Below, piece by piece: positions 18,519-28,077 of a stretch of 64,000 bases of DNA. Position 1 is the stretch's first letter; every line of letters begins with the position of its first letter. The notes beneath the pieces are model-generated. The model was not told the DNA's origin. It ran no database searches and was given only the letters and a program-made list of their open reading frames with translations. This DNA is from Bacillales bacterium UBA4694 (GTDB lineage: Bacteria; Bacillota_I; Bacilli_A; RFN20; CAG-288). The translations under genes were made by a program, and so were the position numbers. The DNA lies in the NCBI GenBank assembly GCA_002404835.1, contig DHKM01000002.1:27866-91865 (forward strand), given 5' to 3'.

Positions 18519-19857
18519 GGTTTTCTCCTTGTTTTTGAAACATCTCTATCATGCCGTCGGAATAGAATTTTCCGTCTTCGATGTAGAAGGTGATATGACC
18601 ATTGTATTTTCTGATCATTCCTTTGATGATTCCGATTCCATAACCATGGCCGTTTGTGTTTTTGGATGAGTTGAATTCCAGTCTTTGTTTGTCGGTGGGG
18701 TTGCAGATGAGGAATCTCAGATAGTTTTTGTCTGCTCTTATTCTTACATCGATACATGGCTTTTTATCTGGGGTTCTTTCGGTTTCTTCCAAAGCATTGT
18801 CGATAAGGTTGGTCAGTAAGGAACAAAGATCGCTGTCCAAGAAAGGGAGAGAAGGTGGGATAGCAACCATGGTCATCATTTCGATATGTCTCATATGAGC
18901 TTTTGTCATCTCAAGATTGAGAATGGAAGAAACGACAGAATTTCCGCAGTCAATGATATGGATGTCTTCGAAAGTTACATCCAATGTTTTTTGGAGATAT
19001 TCTTCTGCTTTGTCATATTGTTTCTCTTTGAGTAGGTTTATGGCATAGGCATAATGGTTTTTGATATCATGCCTTGCCATGCTTGAACGAGTGATGGAAT
19101 CCTGATTCATTTTCAGCATCAAAAGAGCAGACTGGTTCATTTTCGCCTCTGCTTCTGCCTGGATTGTCCTCTGCTGACTTCTTAGAAGAAGATAGAGAAA
19201 AACATAGATTCCGATGTCTATGGCCAGAAGGACAAAAAGGACGAAAATGATGAAGGCGTGATAGGCTGTTGAGGATGAAATGTCAAAATTGCTCTGAACC
19301 ATTGAAATGATAAGAATTCCGAGGAAAATGGAAATATCCAAAATCAAATAGGAAATCGGAATGCAATAAAAATTGTTGATGTTTATATAGCCGATTAAAA
19401 AACCGGAAATAATGGCTAGCAGATAAGGAAGAGACATTAGGGCTTGATAGGCAAAACTGTTAAGGGATAATTTAGCAAGGATGAGGTTGTTATGATGACC
19501 GATTTCTGTAACGACATAGGTGGCAGAGAAAAACAAAATCATTCGAACGAACTTTTTCCGAAAACTCAGTTTATCGGTGATTCCCAGATAGATGAAACCC
19601 GGAATGACCATTGACAAAATAATCAGATAGGGGGTGAACCTTGGCTGATTTAAGGAATAGCTTAGCATGCAAAGAATAGTGATGGATGCAAATAAGATGG
19701 CGAAATTCAGAAAGTCGAAAATTATTTTGCGGATACTTTTCGAATAATTGCCACGGCAAAGTATGGCTGAAAAAGCAATGCAGAAAATCTCAAAAACAAA
19801 AGGGAAACTGTAAAATACCCTGAAGAAATTGACAATATTTTCGGTTAGTTGACCCAT
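18511..19857 (-). CDS. AgrC/ComD-type (HPK10) membrane sensor histidine kinase
   Basis: Six to seven N-terminal TM helices, an H-box ARHDIKNHYAY, and a C-terminal GHKL ATPase (NGHGYGIGIIKGM). Canonical partner of LytTR regulators. Confidence 0.75.
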   Translation of the reverse strand: MGQLTENIVNFFRVFYSFPFVFEIFCIAFSAILCRGNYSKSIRKIIFDFLNFAILFASITILCMLSYSLNQPRFTPYLIILSMVIPGFIYLGITDKLSFRKKFVRMILFFSATYVVTEIGHHNNLILAKLSLNSFAYQALMSLPYLLAIISGFLIGYININNFYCIPISYLILDISIFLGILIISMVQSNFDISSSTAYHAFIIFVLFVLLAIDIGIYVFLYLLLRSQQRTIQAEAEAKMNQSALLMLKMNQDSITRSSMARHDIKNHYAYAINLLKEKQYDKAEEYLQKTLDVTFEDIHIIDCGNSVVSSILNLEMTKAHMRHIEMMTMVAIPPSLPFLDSDLCSLLTNLIDNALEETERTPDKKPCIDVRIRADKNYLRFLICNPTDKQRLEFNSSKNTNGHGYGIGIIKGMIRKYNGHITFYIEDGKFYSDGMIEMFQKQGENHD

Positions 19858-19910
19858 AAATAACCTCTAATAGTCGAATTATAAATGCCAATTCAATCAA
19901 AAACAATAGG

Positions 19911-20720
19911 TCAATCCTTCTTTTTGGCTTTCAGGTAACGCGGTTTTCCTTCCATATCATAGAGGATTTCTTCATCAAAAGAATTGGAGGTCAAATCATC
20001 AAGAAGCTTTGCGACCTTTTTTGCATTGGTTGATTCCAATTCGAAAAAAGCAAGACCATGGGAAGATAAATGTGAGTTAAGCAGCGGAAATATTTTCCGA
20101 TAAGAATCGCATCCGTCTTTTCCGCTGAACAGAGCAAGACTCGGCTCAAATGGAGCATCTACTTCACGTGAATCTTCTTCAATATAAGGTGGGTTGGAAA
20201 TAATGACATCATAGATACAATCGATATTGTAAAGGAAATCTGATTTTATGAATTTGATTTCTTTTTTATTTCCTTTTGCGGATTTTTCAGCCAAAGCCAA
20301 TGCATTATCTGAAATATCACTGGCATGAATTTCCGCTTCTGGGAAAAGAAACTTAAGACTGATGGCAATGAATCCTGATCCAGTGCATAAATCTAGAATC
20401 TTCTTTTGATTCCAATCCTGATTGTTTTTGACATAATCATAAAGGAATTCGATTGTTTCGGTTCTTGGAATCAAGACATTTTCGTTCAGATAGATTTTAT
20501 TTCCTCGGATGATGTCATATCCGGAAAGGTAAACCGCTGGATATCCTGCTTTCAGTTTGTTAAGGATGCTTATGGCTTCTTTAGACGATATCTGATCCAT
20601 ATCTCCATGAATTCCTAAATCGGAAAACGGAAAATGAAAGACATAATCGAACACAGTTCTTATGTCTGCAAGGGGTATTCCTTCTTTGTAGTACAGAGAA
20701 AAAATTTCATTATAAGTCAT
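19911..20720 (-). CDS. prmC: Release-factor glutamine N5-methyltransferase
   Basis: DLCTGSGFIAISL SAM-binding motif and the IISNPPYI catalytic NPPY motif. Immediately downstream of prfA. Confidence 0.85.
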   Translation of the reverse strand: MTYNEIFSLYYKEGIPLADIRTVFDYVFHFPFSDLGIHGDMDQISSKEAISILNKLKAGYPAVYLSGYDIIRGNKIYLNENVLIPRTETIEFLYDYVKNNQDWNQKKILDLCTGSGFIAISLKFLFPEAEIHASDISDNALALAEKSAKGNKKEIKFIKSDFLYNIDCIYDVIISNPPYIEEDSREVDAPFEPSLALFSGKDGCDSYRKIFPLLNSHLSSHGLAFFELESTNAKKVAKLLDDLTSNSFDEEILYDMEGKPRYLKAKKKD

Positions 20721-20770
20721 GTTTTGCTTTCCAATAAAAATGCCTTTGTAAAGACAAAGGCATGCTTAAA

Positions 20771-21883
20771 CTACTTCTCGGCTGTAGCAGCCATTTCCTC
20801 CTGGAGTTTCTTGGTTTGTTCCTCCAACAGGTCTTTTTGATTTGCCTCGTTCAAGGCTGTGACCAATTCATCCAAATCACCATTCATGATTTTAGGAAGA
20901 TTCAATGTGCTCCAGCCGATTCTATGATCGGTCACACGGTTTTGAGGATAGTTATAGGTTCTTATTCTTTCGTTTCTTTCCCCAGTACCGACTTTCAGTC
21001 TTCTTTCTCCACCGACTTTCTCTTCTACTTCGGCATCATGCATGGCCTGAAGTTTTGCTTTCAACATGACCATACAGGTTTCCTTGTTGGCAAGCTGGTC
21101 CCTTTCTACCTGGCAGGATACGACAACACCGGTTGGGATATGTGTGATTCTAACAGCTGATTCTGTTTTATTGACGTTCTGTCCGCCGGCACCAGAACTG
21201 TGATAAGTATCGATTCTTAAATCGGCCGGATTGATCTTGATATCGACATGTTCGACTTCTGGCATGACAAGGACAGTGGCTGTGGAGGTCTGGATGCGCC
21301 CATTGGCTTCTGTTACAGGAACTCTCTGGACTCTGTGCGCACCACTCTCGAATTTGAGTTTGGAGTATACTCTCTTTCCTTTGATTTTCAAGGAAATGAG
21401 GGAGTATCCGCCCAACGGCGTTGGGTCGGAATCGAGAATCTCGATTTTCCACCCTTGGCTGTCTGCGTAATGAGAATACATACGGAAAAGATCTCCAGCG
21501 AAGATATTCGCTTCATCTCCACCAGCAGCTCCTCGTATTTCCATGATGATATTCTTGTCATCGTTCTCATCCTTCGGAAGAAGAGCAATCTTGATTTCCT
21601 CTCTTTTCTTCTCAATCTTCGGACCCAGTTCGTCGAAGGTCATTTTCGCCATTTCGCGGATGTCGTCATCTTCGTCTTTCATCATGATTTCGGCATCAGC
21701 TTTATCGTTCATCATTTTTGTCAGATCGTCAAACATGTTCACCGGTTCTTCCAATGTTGCTCTTTCTTTGGATAGCTTTGTCATTGTCGGAATATCCAGT
21801 GTTCCTTCGCTTAAAAGTTTATCGATGTCTCCTAGCCTCTGTTTCATTGCCTTGAGACGTTCTAACATGAAATCTGTTGCCAT
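20771..21883 (-). CDS. prfA: Peptide chain release factor 1
   Basis: GGQ motif (SGAGGQNVNKTESAVRITHIPTG) and the PrfA-type N-terminus MLERLKAMKQRLGD. Confidence 0.9.
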   Translation of the reverse strand: MATDFMLERLKAMKQRLGDIDKLLSEGTLDIPTMTKLSKERATLEEPVNMFDDLTKMMNDKADAEIMMKDEDDDIREMAKMTFDELGPKIEKKREEIKIALLPKDENDDKNIIMEIRGAAGGDEANIFAGDLFRMYSHYADSQGWKIEILDSDPTPLGGYSLISLKIKGKRVYSKLKFESGAHRVQRVPVTEANGRIQTSTATVLVMPEVEHVDIKINPADLRIDTYHSSGAGGQNVNKTESAVRITHIPTGVVVSCQVERDQLANKETCMVMLKAKLQAMHDAEVEEKVGGERRLKVGTGERNERIRTYNYPQNRVTDHRIGWSTLNLPKIMNGDLDELVTALNEANQKDLLEEQTKKLQEEMAATAEK

Positions 21884-22041
21884 AATATGTATTTCTCCTT
21901 TTTGTTTAATTGATTCAGCTGAATGGAAAAATTGACGCTAACTGAAGCGCTCAAAGAAAAAGAGATGTTCGTACCGTGTGTCTTGTCTAGTTTTCATAGC
22001 AAGATATTTTATCATAAGTGCCTTTTTTCTAGATAGAGGTG

Positions 22042-23565
22042 CTAATGATTTTCGTTCGTCTTTTCCTTGTAGTATTCTTTGATATCATCCATGGATGTCT
22101 TAAGAAGGTCAAGGACGTCTTTTGAAAATGCACCGCATTCCCCTTCTTGAATCTTTTTAAAAGATTCTTCAATAGAAAGATTGTCTTTGAATACGACAAG
22201 ATTGTCAAAGCTGTCGATTAAGGATATCAACTGCGTGGCAAAAGAAATGTTTTTGAGCCCTCTTGGTGAACCTTTTCCATCAATTCGTTCATGGTGGTTC
22301 AGGGCAACGTCATATATGGTTTTATAGAAATCGTTCTTTTCAAAATCCGGCAGGGATTGAATCAAGTTTGCGCCATAGGAAGAATGCATGTCTATTGTCG
22401 ATATTTCCTGTTCGGTCAAATTCTCTTTCTTGTTGAGAATATCAAGAGGGATGAATATTTTGCCGATGTCGTGAACTTTGGCAGCCAGAATAATGGCTTC
22501 TTTTTCTTCTTTGGTCAGCATCTTGCATCCCTCATGAGGGGACTCGAGAATCAGATTCGTAATTGCTTCTACACGGATGAGATGAGAATAAAGATCCGGG
22601 TATTTGATTTTCAAAAGCATATCCAGAAGGGAAAAGAGGAAGACATCGTTCTTATCTTCGGTTTTCTTCAGCAATGTCTGGATAGAACTGTTTTCCTTTG
22701 CTTTGCTATCTGATACAACGGTGTTTCTTTTCTCTTTCGCAATATAAAGATTGGTATCCGCTTTTTCGAAGGATTCCTGTGCTGTTTTTCCTGACGCATT
22801 TGTCACACCGATTGAAACGGTGATTTTGACACTTTGGTGTTTTGGGTAGATGTACCGGCTAAGATGTTCTCTGATGTTGTCTAGGATTTTGATGGTTTCA
22901 TTTTCGTCATTTGTATGTAGAAGGATGACGAATTCATCACCACCATATCGAACGATGATTCCTTTTCCCTTTAAGAATTCTTTTGCGATCTTCACAACGT
23001 TTATGAGGACAATATCTCCGAACATGTGCCCATAAATATCATTGCATCCCTTGAAATTGTCGATGTCCAGAATCGCCACATAGGAAAATGTTTTCCTGTC
23101 TTTTAAATATTCTTCATAATACCGTCTGTTATAGGTGTCCGTTAGAATATCGTAATAGACTTTTTTGAAATAGTTTCCGGCGGTTTCTCCGGAAATCATT
23201 TTCATTTTGATATTTGTGATAAAGGTAGTTGGAAGCTTGAAAATGATTTCAAGAACATAAGGTAGGGATTCGATTTTGATGTATTTGGCATTGACGAGAT
23301 AGTAACGCTCGTTTAGACATTCCAATTTGAATGATTCCTTTTTTGTCTTCATACAGCGCGAAGATACACATTCCTTGCACGGATTTTTCCGATTCCAGAA
23401 GGTATAGCATTCAAAAGGAATGTTCAGCTTTTTTCGAGTCTCTTTTTCTTTCTCTAGACAGTGGATATGTTCTGCACTTAAAACACGAACGGCAAAAAAG
23501 ATTTGCTTTAGGTTTTTGACCAGGTCCATTGCCTCTTCATTTGTGTAATTGGTAACGCTTGACAT
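22042..23565 (-). CDS. Diguanylate cyclase (GGDEF) / HD-GYP phosphodiesterase fusion with a Cys-rich N-terminal domain
   Basis: LDIDNFKGCNDIYGHMFGD...RYGGDEFVILL (GGDEF), then VHDIGKIFIP...ALNHHERIDGKGSPRGL (HD-GYP with GSP in place of GYP). The N-terminal roughly 120 aa has HCLEKE...CYTFWNRKNPCKECVSSRCMK. Confidence 0.8.
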   Translation of the reverse strand: MSSVTNYTNEEAMDLVKNLKQIFFAVRVLSAEHIHCLEKEKETRKKLNIPFECYTFWNRKNPCKECVSSRCMKTKKESFKLECLNERYYLVNAKYIKIESLPYVLEIIFKLPTTFITNIKMKMISGETAGNYFKKVYYDILTDTYNRRYYEEYLKDRKTFSYVAILDIDNFKGCNDIYGHMFGDIVLINVVKIAKEFLKGKGIIVRYGGDEFVILLHTNDENETIKILDNIREHLSRYIYPKHQSVKITVSIGVTNASGKTAQESFEKADTNLYIAKEKRNTVVSDSKAKENSSIQTLLKKTEDKNDVFLFSLLDMLLKIKYPDLYSHLIRVEAITNLILESPHEGCKMLTKEEKEAIILAAKVHDIGKIFIPLDILNKKENLTEQEISTIDMHSSYGANLIQSLPDFEKNDFYKTIYDVALNHHERIDGKGSPRGLKNISFATQLISLIDSFDNLVVFKDNLSIEESFKKIQEGECGAFSKDVLDLLKTSMDDIKEYYKEKTNENH

Positions 23566-23589
23566 ATGAAATCTAACTCCTTGTGAGGT

Positions 23590-24048
23590 TTATTTCTTGC
23601 CCTTTGTTCTCATGGTTTTGAAAAAATCGGAAAGCAGTTTATCGAATCGGCTGTCATCAATCCGATGTACTTTCATGACATTATCGACAAAAACGTGATG
23701 ATAAGATAAGGCTCCTGCTTTTGTATCGTCTGTAACGTAATATAGGTTTGATATTCCTGCTTTCAATATGGCTGCCATACAAAATAGACAGGGCTCAAGG
23801 GAAACGACGATGCTGTAGTCTTTCAGATATCTGGAGTTTGTCTGTTTCATCTCTTCTGTGATTACATTGTATTCTGCATGTTCAAAGGGAACGTTTGAGG
23901 ATTCCACACTGTTGTGCATTATGACGATATGGTTATTTGAAACCAAAGCGGCAGCTACTGGGATTTCGCCAAGTTTCTCTGCTTCAAGGCAGGAATCGTA
24001 TAGACTGTCTAAGATGGATTGTAATTGTTCTGTTGTCATGGTACCCAT
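23590..24048 (-). CDS. tadA: tRNA-specific adenosine deaminase
   Basis: CDA fold motifs HAEYNVI and SLEPCLFCMAAI. I placed the start at the MGTMTTEQ Met near 24048, because the longer 260-aa ORF would overlap the upstream lipoprotein gene in another frame. Confidence 0.75.
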   Translation of the reverse strand: MGTMTTEQLQSILDSLYDSCLEAEKLGEIPVAAALVSNNHIVIMHNSVESSNVPFEHAEYNVITEEMKQTNSRYLKDYSIVVSLEPCLFCMAAILKAGISNLYYVTDDTKAGALSYHHVFVDNVMKVHRIDDSRFDKLLSDFFKTMRTKGKK

Positions 24049-24079
24049 AATATTAGTATAAGTTTCAGTCTTTGGAATT

Positions 24080-24113
24080 AAAAGAGAAAAGAAAAACCGC
24101 TCATAATGAGCGG
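24080..24113 (-). terminator. Terminator after the lipoprotein gene
   Basis: CCGCTCAT-a-ATGAGCGG hairpin at 24097..24113, followed on the minus strand by a long T-run (plus-strand A-run 24080..24096). Confidence 0.55.
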
Positions 24114-24133
24114 TCAAGAAATCAAATGGGATT

Positions 24134-24640
24134 TTACTTGGAATAGGTGACTTTAAGGTTGTAGAAGGAACTGGAGTCTTTGCCGGTACCACTGGTTTTG
24201 ACGGAAGTGACAAGACCATACTCGTTCCATTCGATGGAAGCATCGACTTTGTTGCCGTCTTCATCTTTGTCAGAATAGGCAACCTTGAAGTTTCCGCCTG
24301 CATAATAGGTCCAATCGGTATTTTCGGCGACGGTGAACGAACCAAGTCCGAAAGAAGTGAGAATGGTACCATAAGCGATACCTTTTACGTCAGTCAAAGA
24401 GGTCCCGGTCAGAACTCTGTCTTTGACGGTTAAATCGGCATCGATTCCGCTTTCGCTCTTGGAGTTATCACTCTTGCTCTTGATAGAGCCAGTGACTTTG
24501 GCAGTTTTGTATTCGACTGTTTTCTTCAAAGCTTCGCCGGCCTTCGTCTTGAAATCAGCGAAACTGACCTTACTAGTACAAGAAGCCAAAGTAAGGACAG
24601 CAAGAGACATCATACCAATAGAACGTAATCCTTTTTTCAT
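24134..24640 (-). CDS. Lipoprotein, function unknown
   Basis: MKKGLRSIGMMSLAVLTLASCTS: signal peptide plus LASC lipobox, about 165 aa. Confidence 0.6.
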   Translation of the reverse strand: MKKGLRSIGMMSLAVLTLASCTSKVSFADFKTKAGEALKKTVEYKTAKVTGSIKSKSDNSKSESGIDADLTVKDRVLTGTSLTDVKGIAYGTILTSFGLGSFTVAENTDWTYYAGGNFKVAYSDKDEDGNKVDASIEWNEYGLVTSVKTSGTGKDSSSFYNLKVTYSK

Positions 24641-24902
24641 TTTTCCCTCCATATGCTTAGGATAGGAAATCTCTAAGCACGATAGTATTATGATACATTA
24701 TTTTAAATAAAATGCAAATCACAAAAGAATTTTTTTGAACTTGCAAGTATATAAATGATTTCACTGAATGTGTTTTAATTAAACAAATATTAAAGACATA
24801 GTAATGATAATAGAAAAGACAATTTGAAATTTATAATACGAAATTTTTGTAAATCCAATAAATTAGATATTAGACAAAGTTGAATGATTTGTCTAATTGT
24901 TC

Positions 24903-24934
24903 GCATAAAAAGCCTTGGCTTTATCCAAGGCTTT
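24903..24934 (-). terminator. Terminator after the SWIM-SNF2 operon
   Basis: AAGCCTTGG-ctttat-CCAAGGCTT hairpin immediately 3' of the SNF2 stop at 24937, with adjacent T residues on the minus strand. Confidence 0.5.
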
Positions 24935-24936
24935 GG

Positions 24937-27900
24937 TTAACTCAAGAGATATTGAATATCTTCTGTTGTAATCTTTTGTTTGTCATTCGGATCTTTGTCG
25001 ATGATGTCGCTCAGGGTCTTCTTTTTCTCCTGGAGAGAGATGACTCTTTCCTCGACTGTGCTTTTCATCACTAGTTTATAGACGGTTACTTTTCTTTCTT
25101 GTCCAATACGATAGGCTCGATCGGTTGCCTGTTCTTCGCTAGCCACATTCCACCAAGGATCAAGGTGGATGACGATGTCAGCACCAATCAAATTAAGTCC
25201 GGTACCACCGGCTTTCAAAGAGATCAGCATGACGGAGATGCTGTCGGTCGTATTAAAGTCATCGGCAATTTCGACTCTTCTTTTTGCCGGAGTTTCTCCG
25301 GTGATCATATCATAGTTGACTTTTTCTTTTGTTAGGCATTGACCCAAATGATCTAAAGCCTGCTTGAAAGAAGAGAAGACAAGAATCTTGTGCCCTTTTC
25401 CTGTCGCCTGTTTCAGCAGGTGGACGGTATAGTCGAGCTTGGAAGAGATTTTGTTGTATTCAAGGAAGGTTGCCGGATCTACGCATATTTGTCTCAATCT
25501 TGTAAGTTCGGCAAGAATCTCGATTTTCTTCGCATTTCCCATGGCCATTGATTTTTTGGCTTTCAGAAGATATGCATTGTAGAAATCCTGCTCTTCTTTT
25601 GTCATGGAGAGAGTTGTGATTTCAACCGTCTTTCCGGGGAGCTCCTTAAGGACATCTGTTTTCTTTCTTTTCAGGATGAATGGGGAAACAATTCTTTCCA
25701 AATGTTCTCTGTCTTGTTGCGTGATATCAAGCTTCCCATAGTTCTTTCTGAACTCGGTGAAGGTTTTGAAATACCCTGGCATCAGGAAATCAAAGATGGA
25801 CCAAAGGTCTAAAAGCGAATTCTGAATCGGAGTACCGGTCAAGGCAAACCGATGATCGGATTTGAGCTCCTTGATGGCCTTGGCTTTCTGCGATAAGGCA
25901 TTTGCAATGTACTGTCCTTCATCAATGATGATGTTTTTGAAATAGATCTCTTTGAAGTAATCTAGATCGATTCTCAGCGAATCATAAGGAATGATATATA
26001 CGACATCTTCATCGGGTTTGATATTTTGAATCAGCTTATGTCTTATTTCCCTATCAACGGAAAGAACGATGACCTTTTGGTTAGGATTCCATTTATTGAA
26101 TTCCGCTTCCCAGTTATAGGTGAGAGATTTGGGAGAAATGATCAAAGTAGGTTTCTTGGTTTTATCCTGGGATAGGAAGGCAATCATTTCCAATGTCTTT
26201 CCAAGCCCCATATCATCGGCCAAGATGCCTGCAAGATTATGGGCATATAAAGAGGTAAGCCATTGAACTCCCTTGATCTGGTAAGGCCGTAAAACAGATT
26301 CGATTTCAGGACTGAGATTCAATTTTACTTTTTCGTAGTCCTGGATTTCCTCGAATAGTTTCATGACTTCATCCGGGATTACGGAAAGTGAGTTATCTTT
26401 CAGTTTCAAAGCCTGGTAGAGAGGAATCTTTTTGTCTAGTTTTTTCAAATCGACATCGACATCACTGACTAGGTGTTCCAAAGCTTCTCCGAGTTCTGAG
26501 TCGGTGAGAGATAGATAGTCTCCTTTGAGAAGGAAAAATTTCTTTTTCCTTTTATAGGCGGAAAGGATTTCTTCGATTTCATCTTCGGAATATTCGTCGC
26601 TTTTGAAATTGAGATGGAACCAGTCCTGTTCTCCACCGGAAACGATGATACTGATTTTCCCGATAGGTTTCTTCTTCAGCCTTTTCAGTTCTTCGCTGAT
26701 GAAGACGGTCGCTGATTTTTTTAAAGGCCTCAGGTCTGCACCTAGATACTGATTGATCAGTTCCTCATCTTTCAATTTTCCATTGAAAGGAAGGAATAAC
26801 TTCTGCATTTCGAAAGCAAAACCATTGAATCCATCCGGTTCCGAGTTTTTATATGTTTCGAGATCAACCTGTTTTCCTTTGATGAAGGCTCGCGTTTCGG
26901 ATTTGATTCCATCGTCTTCCAAAGAAAGGAAGAGTTCGATGTGGTTGATGAGTTGCATGCTTTTGGCAACAACGGATGGTGCCACCTGGATGTCGCTTGC
27001 GATTTTTGGAACCAAAGCTGTTGTGATTTCTTTTGTAAATAAATCAGAACGCATATCAGGATGATCTTTGAGGAAGTGGAAAAGCATTGTAGCTTTTGTG
27101 CTTTGGAAATGATAGAAATGCATTATGTTCTCTTCCATATAGGAAGCGGCATGCCTTCCGATAAAATAAGTGAAATCGTGGCTTTTGAAATCAACGTCGC
27201 AGATGATTTTCTCTTTCTCATCGATTTCTATTTTGCAAGGACTACTTTGAATAGAGTGGATTGCAATGTTGTTTATGAAAAGTTCGACATGATCTTCTGA
27301 TTTGGCATCCTTGGCTTCATGGATGGCGTTGATCAAATCGTAGATTTCGTTCATAACGTTTGTATCTGCGCTGAAGTCATGATCATAGTAGCTCCGGCTT
27401 TCGACATAGATTTGTCGACGATAGAGAAATGAATAACAATCGAAAACTTTTTTGATGGCTGAATCAAGTTTGTTTCTTCTGTCGGAGAAGTAGAAATCGC
27501 CCATGACATTATTGTGACCAAAGACACTATCTTTCTTTTTTCCATTGGCGCAATTGGCATCTAATTCTGTTTCAATGAAATTATCTTCTATTGACAAGTG
27601 AAAACAGAAGGTAAAGCTCAAAGCTTCTTTATCCAGCATTTCATCTGTCTGGTCTAGATTTGCTAAAAATCTAGAGAGATCCGATTTGTCTTTATAGTAT
27701 TGGTCAATATCTGTTTCGGATAAATCGGAAAGTAATTTGGACTGTAAATAATAATCCCCATAGCAGCTAAGCTGTTGTTCTTCACTCATTTTTTCGTCCA
27801 TATCCATGAGAAAGGATGCAAAAACATTGATGATACCGGTGTCTGAGAAAGAACTCGGCGTGACGCAGTCGACGATATTATGCTTATAGTTTATGGCAAG

Positions 27901-28077
27901 AGAAAAGAAACCCAGTTCATCTTGGGTCGCATAGGATATTTTCTTCCCATCATCCGAAACACGATAGAGAATTCTATCTTTGCCCTCTTCAAGTCTTTTC
28001 CTGAATTCATTTGCTATCTCTGTTGGAGTGAATGAAGATTCCATTGGCAATTGGGTCTGTTTCTTAGAGAAATACAT
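24937..28077 (-). CDS. SNF2-family ATPase/helicase with a large N-terminal bacterial SNF2-associated region (YwqA-like)
   Basis: C-terminal half: LADDMGLGKTLEMIAF (motif I), DEGQYIAN (motif II, DEGQ variant), TGTPIQNSL, LVFSSFKQALD, QATDRAYRIGQERKVTVYKLV (motif VI). A roughly 550-aa N-terminal region precedes the helicase core. Confidence 0.85.
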   Translation of the reverse strand: MYFSKKQTQLPMESSFTPTEIANEFRKRLEEGKDRILYRVSDDGKKISYATQDELGFFSLAINYKHNIVDCVTPSSFSDTGIINVFASFLMDMDEKMSEEQQLSCYGDYYLQSKLLSDLSETDIDQYYKDKSDLSRFLANLDQTDEMLDKEALSFTFCFHLSIEDNFIETELDANCANGKKKDSVFGHNNVMGDFYFSDRRNKLDSAIKKVFDCYSFLYRRQIYVESRSYYDHDFSADTNVMNEIYDLINAIHEAKDAKSEDHVELFINNIAIHSIQSSPCKIEIDEKEKIICDVDFKSHDFTYFIGRHAASYMEENIMHFYHFQSTKATMLFHFLKDHPDMRSDLFTKEITTALVPKIASDIQVAPSVVAKSMQLINHIELFLSLEDDGIKSETRAFIKGKQVDLETYKNSEPDGFNGFAFEMQKLFLPFNGKLKDEELINQYLGADLRPLKKSATVFISEELKRLKKKPIGKISIIVSGGEQDWFHLNFKSDEYSEDEIEEILSAYKRKKKFFLLKGDYLSLTDSELGEALEHLVSDVDVDLKKLDKKIPLYQALKLKDNSLSVIPDEVMKLFEEIQDYEKVKLNLSPEIESVLRPYQIKGVQWLTSLYAHNLAGILADDMGLGKTLEMIAFLSQDKTKKPTLIISPKSLTYNWEAEFNKWNPNQKVIVLSVDREIRHKLIQNIKPDEDVVYIIPYDSLRIDLDYFKEIYFKNIIIDEGQYIANALSQKAKAIKELKSDHRFALTGTPIQNSLLDLWSIFDFLMPGYFKTFTEFRKNYGKLDITQQDREHLERIVSPFILKRKKTDVLKELPGKTVEITTLSMTKEEQDFYNAYLLKAKKSMAMGNAKKIEILAELTRLRQICVDPATFLEYNKISSKLDYTVHLLKQATGKGHKILVFSSFKQALDHLGQCLTKEKVNYDMITGETPAKRRVEIADDFNTTDSISVMLISLKAGGTGLNLIGADIVIHLDPWWNVASEEQATDRAYRIGQERKVTVYKLVMKSTVEERVISLQEKKKTLSDIIDKDPNDKQKITTEDIQYLLS

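Noticed and set aside
23590-24372. A 260-aa ORF suggesting a tadA with a long Pro/Ser-rich N-terminal extension
   Set aside because: The extension overlaps the independently supported lipoprotein gene (24134..24640) in another frame. The deaminase domain begins cleanly at the internal Met (about 24048), so the extension is an ORF-calling artefact.
24862-24888. Perfect 9-bp inverted repeat TTAGACAAA-N9-TTTGTCTAA, considered as a standalone regulatory element
   Set aside because: It is a single occurrence with no neighbouring promoter features. It may just be a secondary terminator hairpin of the SWIM-SNF2 operon, so it is mentioned only within that finding.
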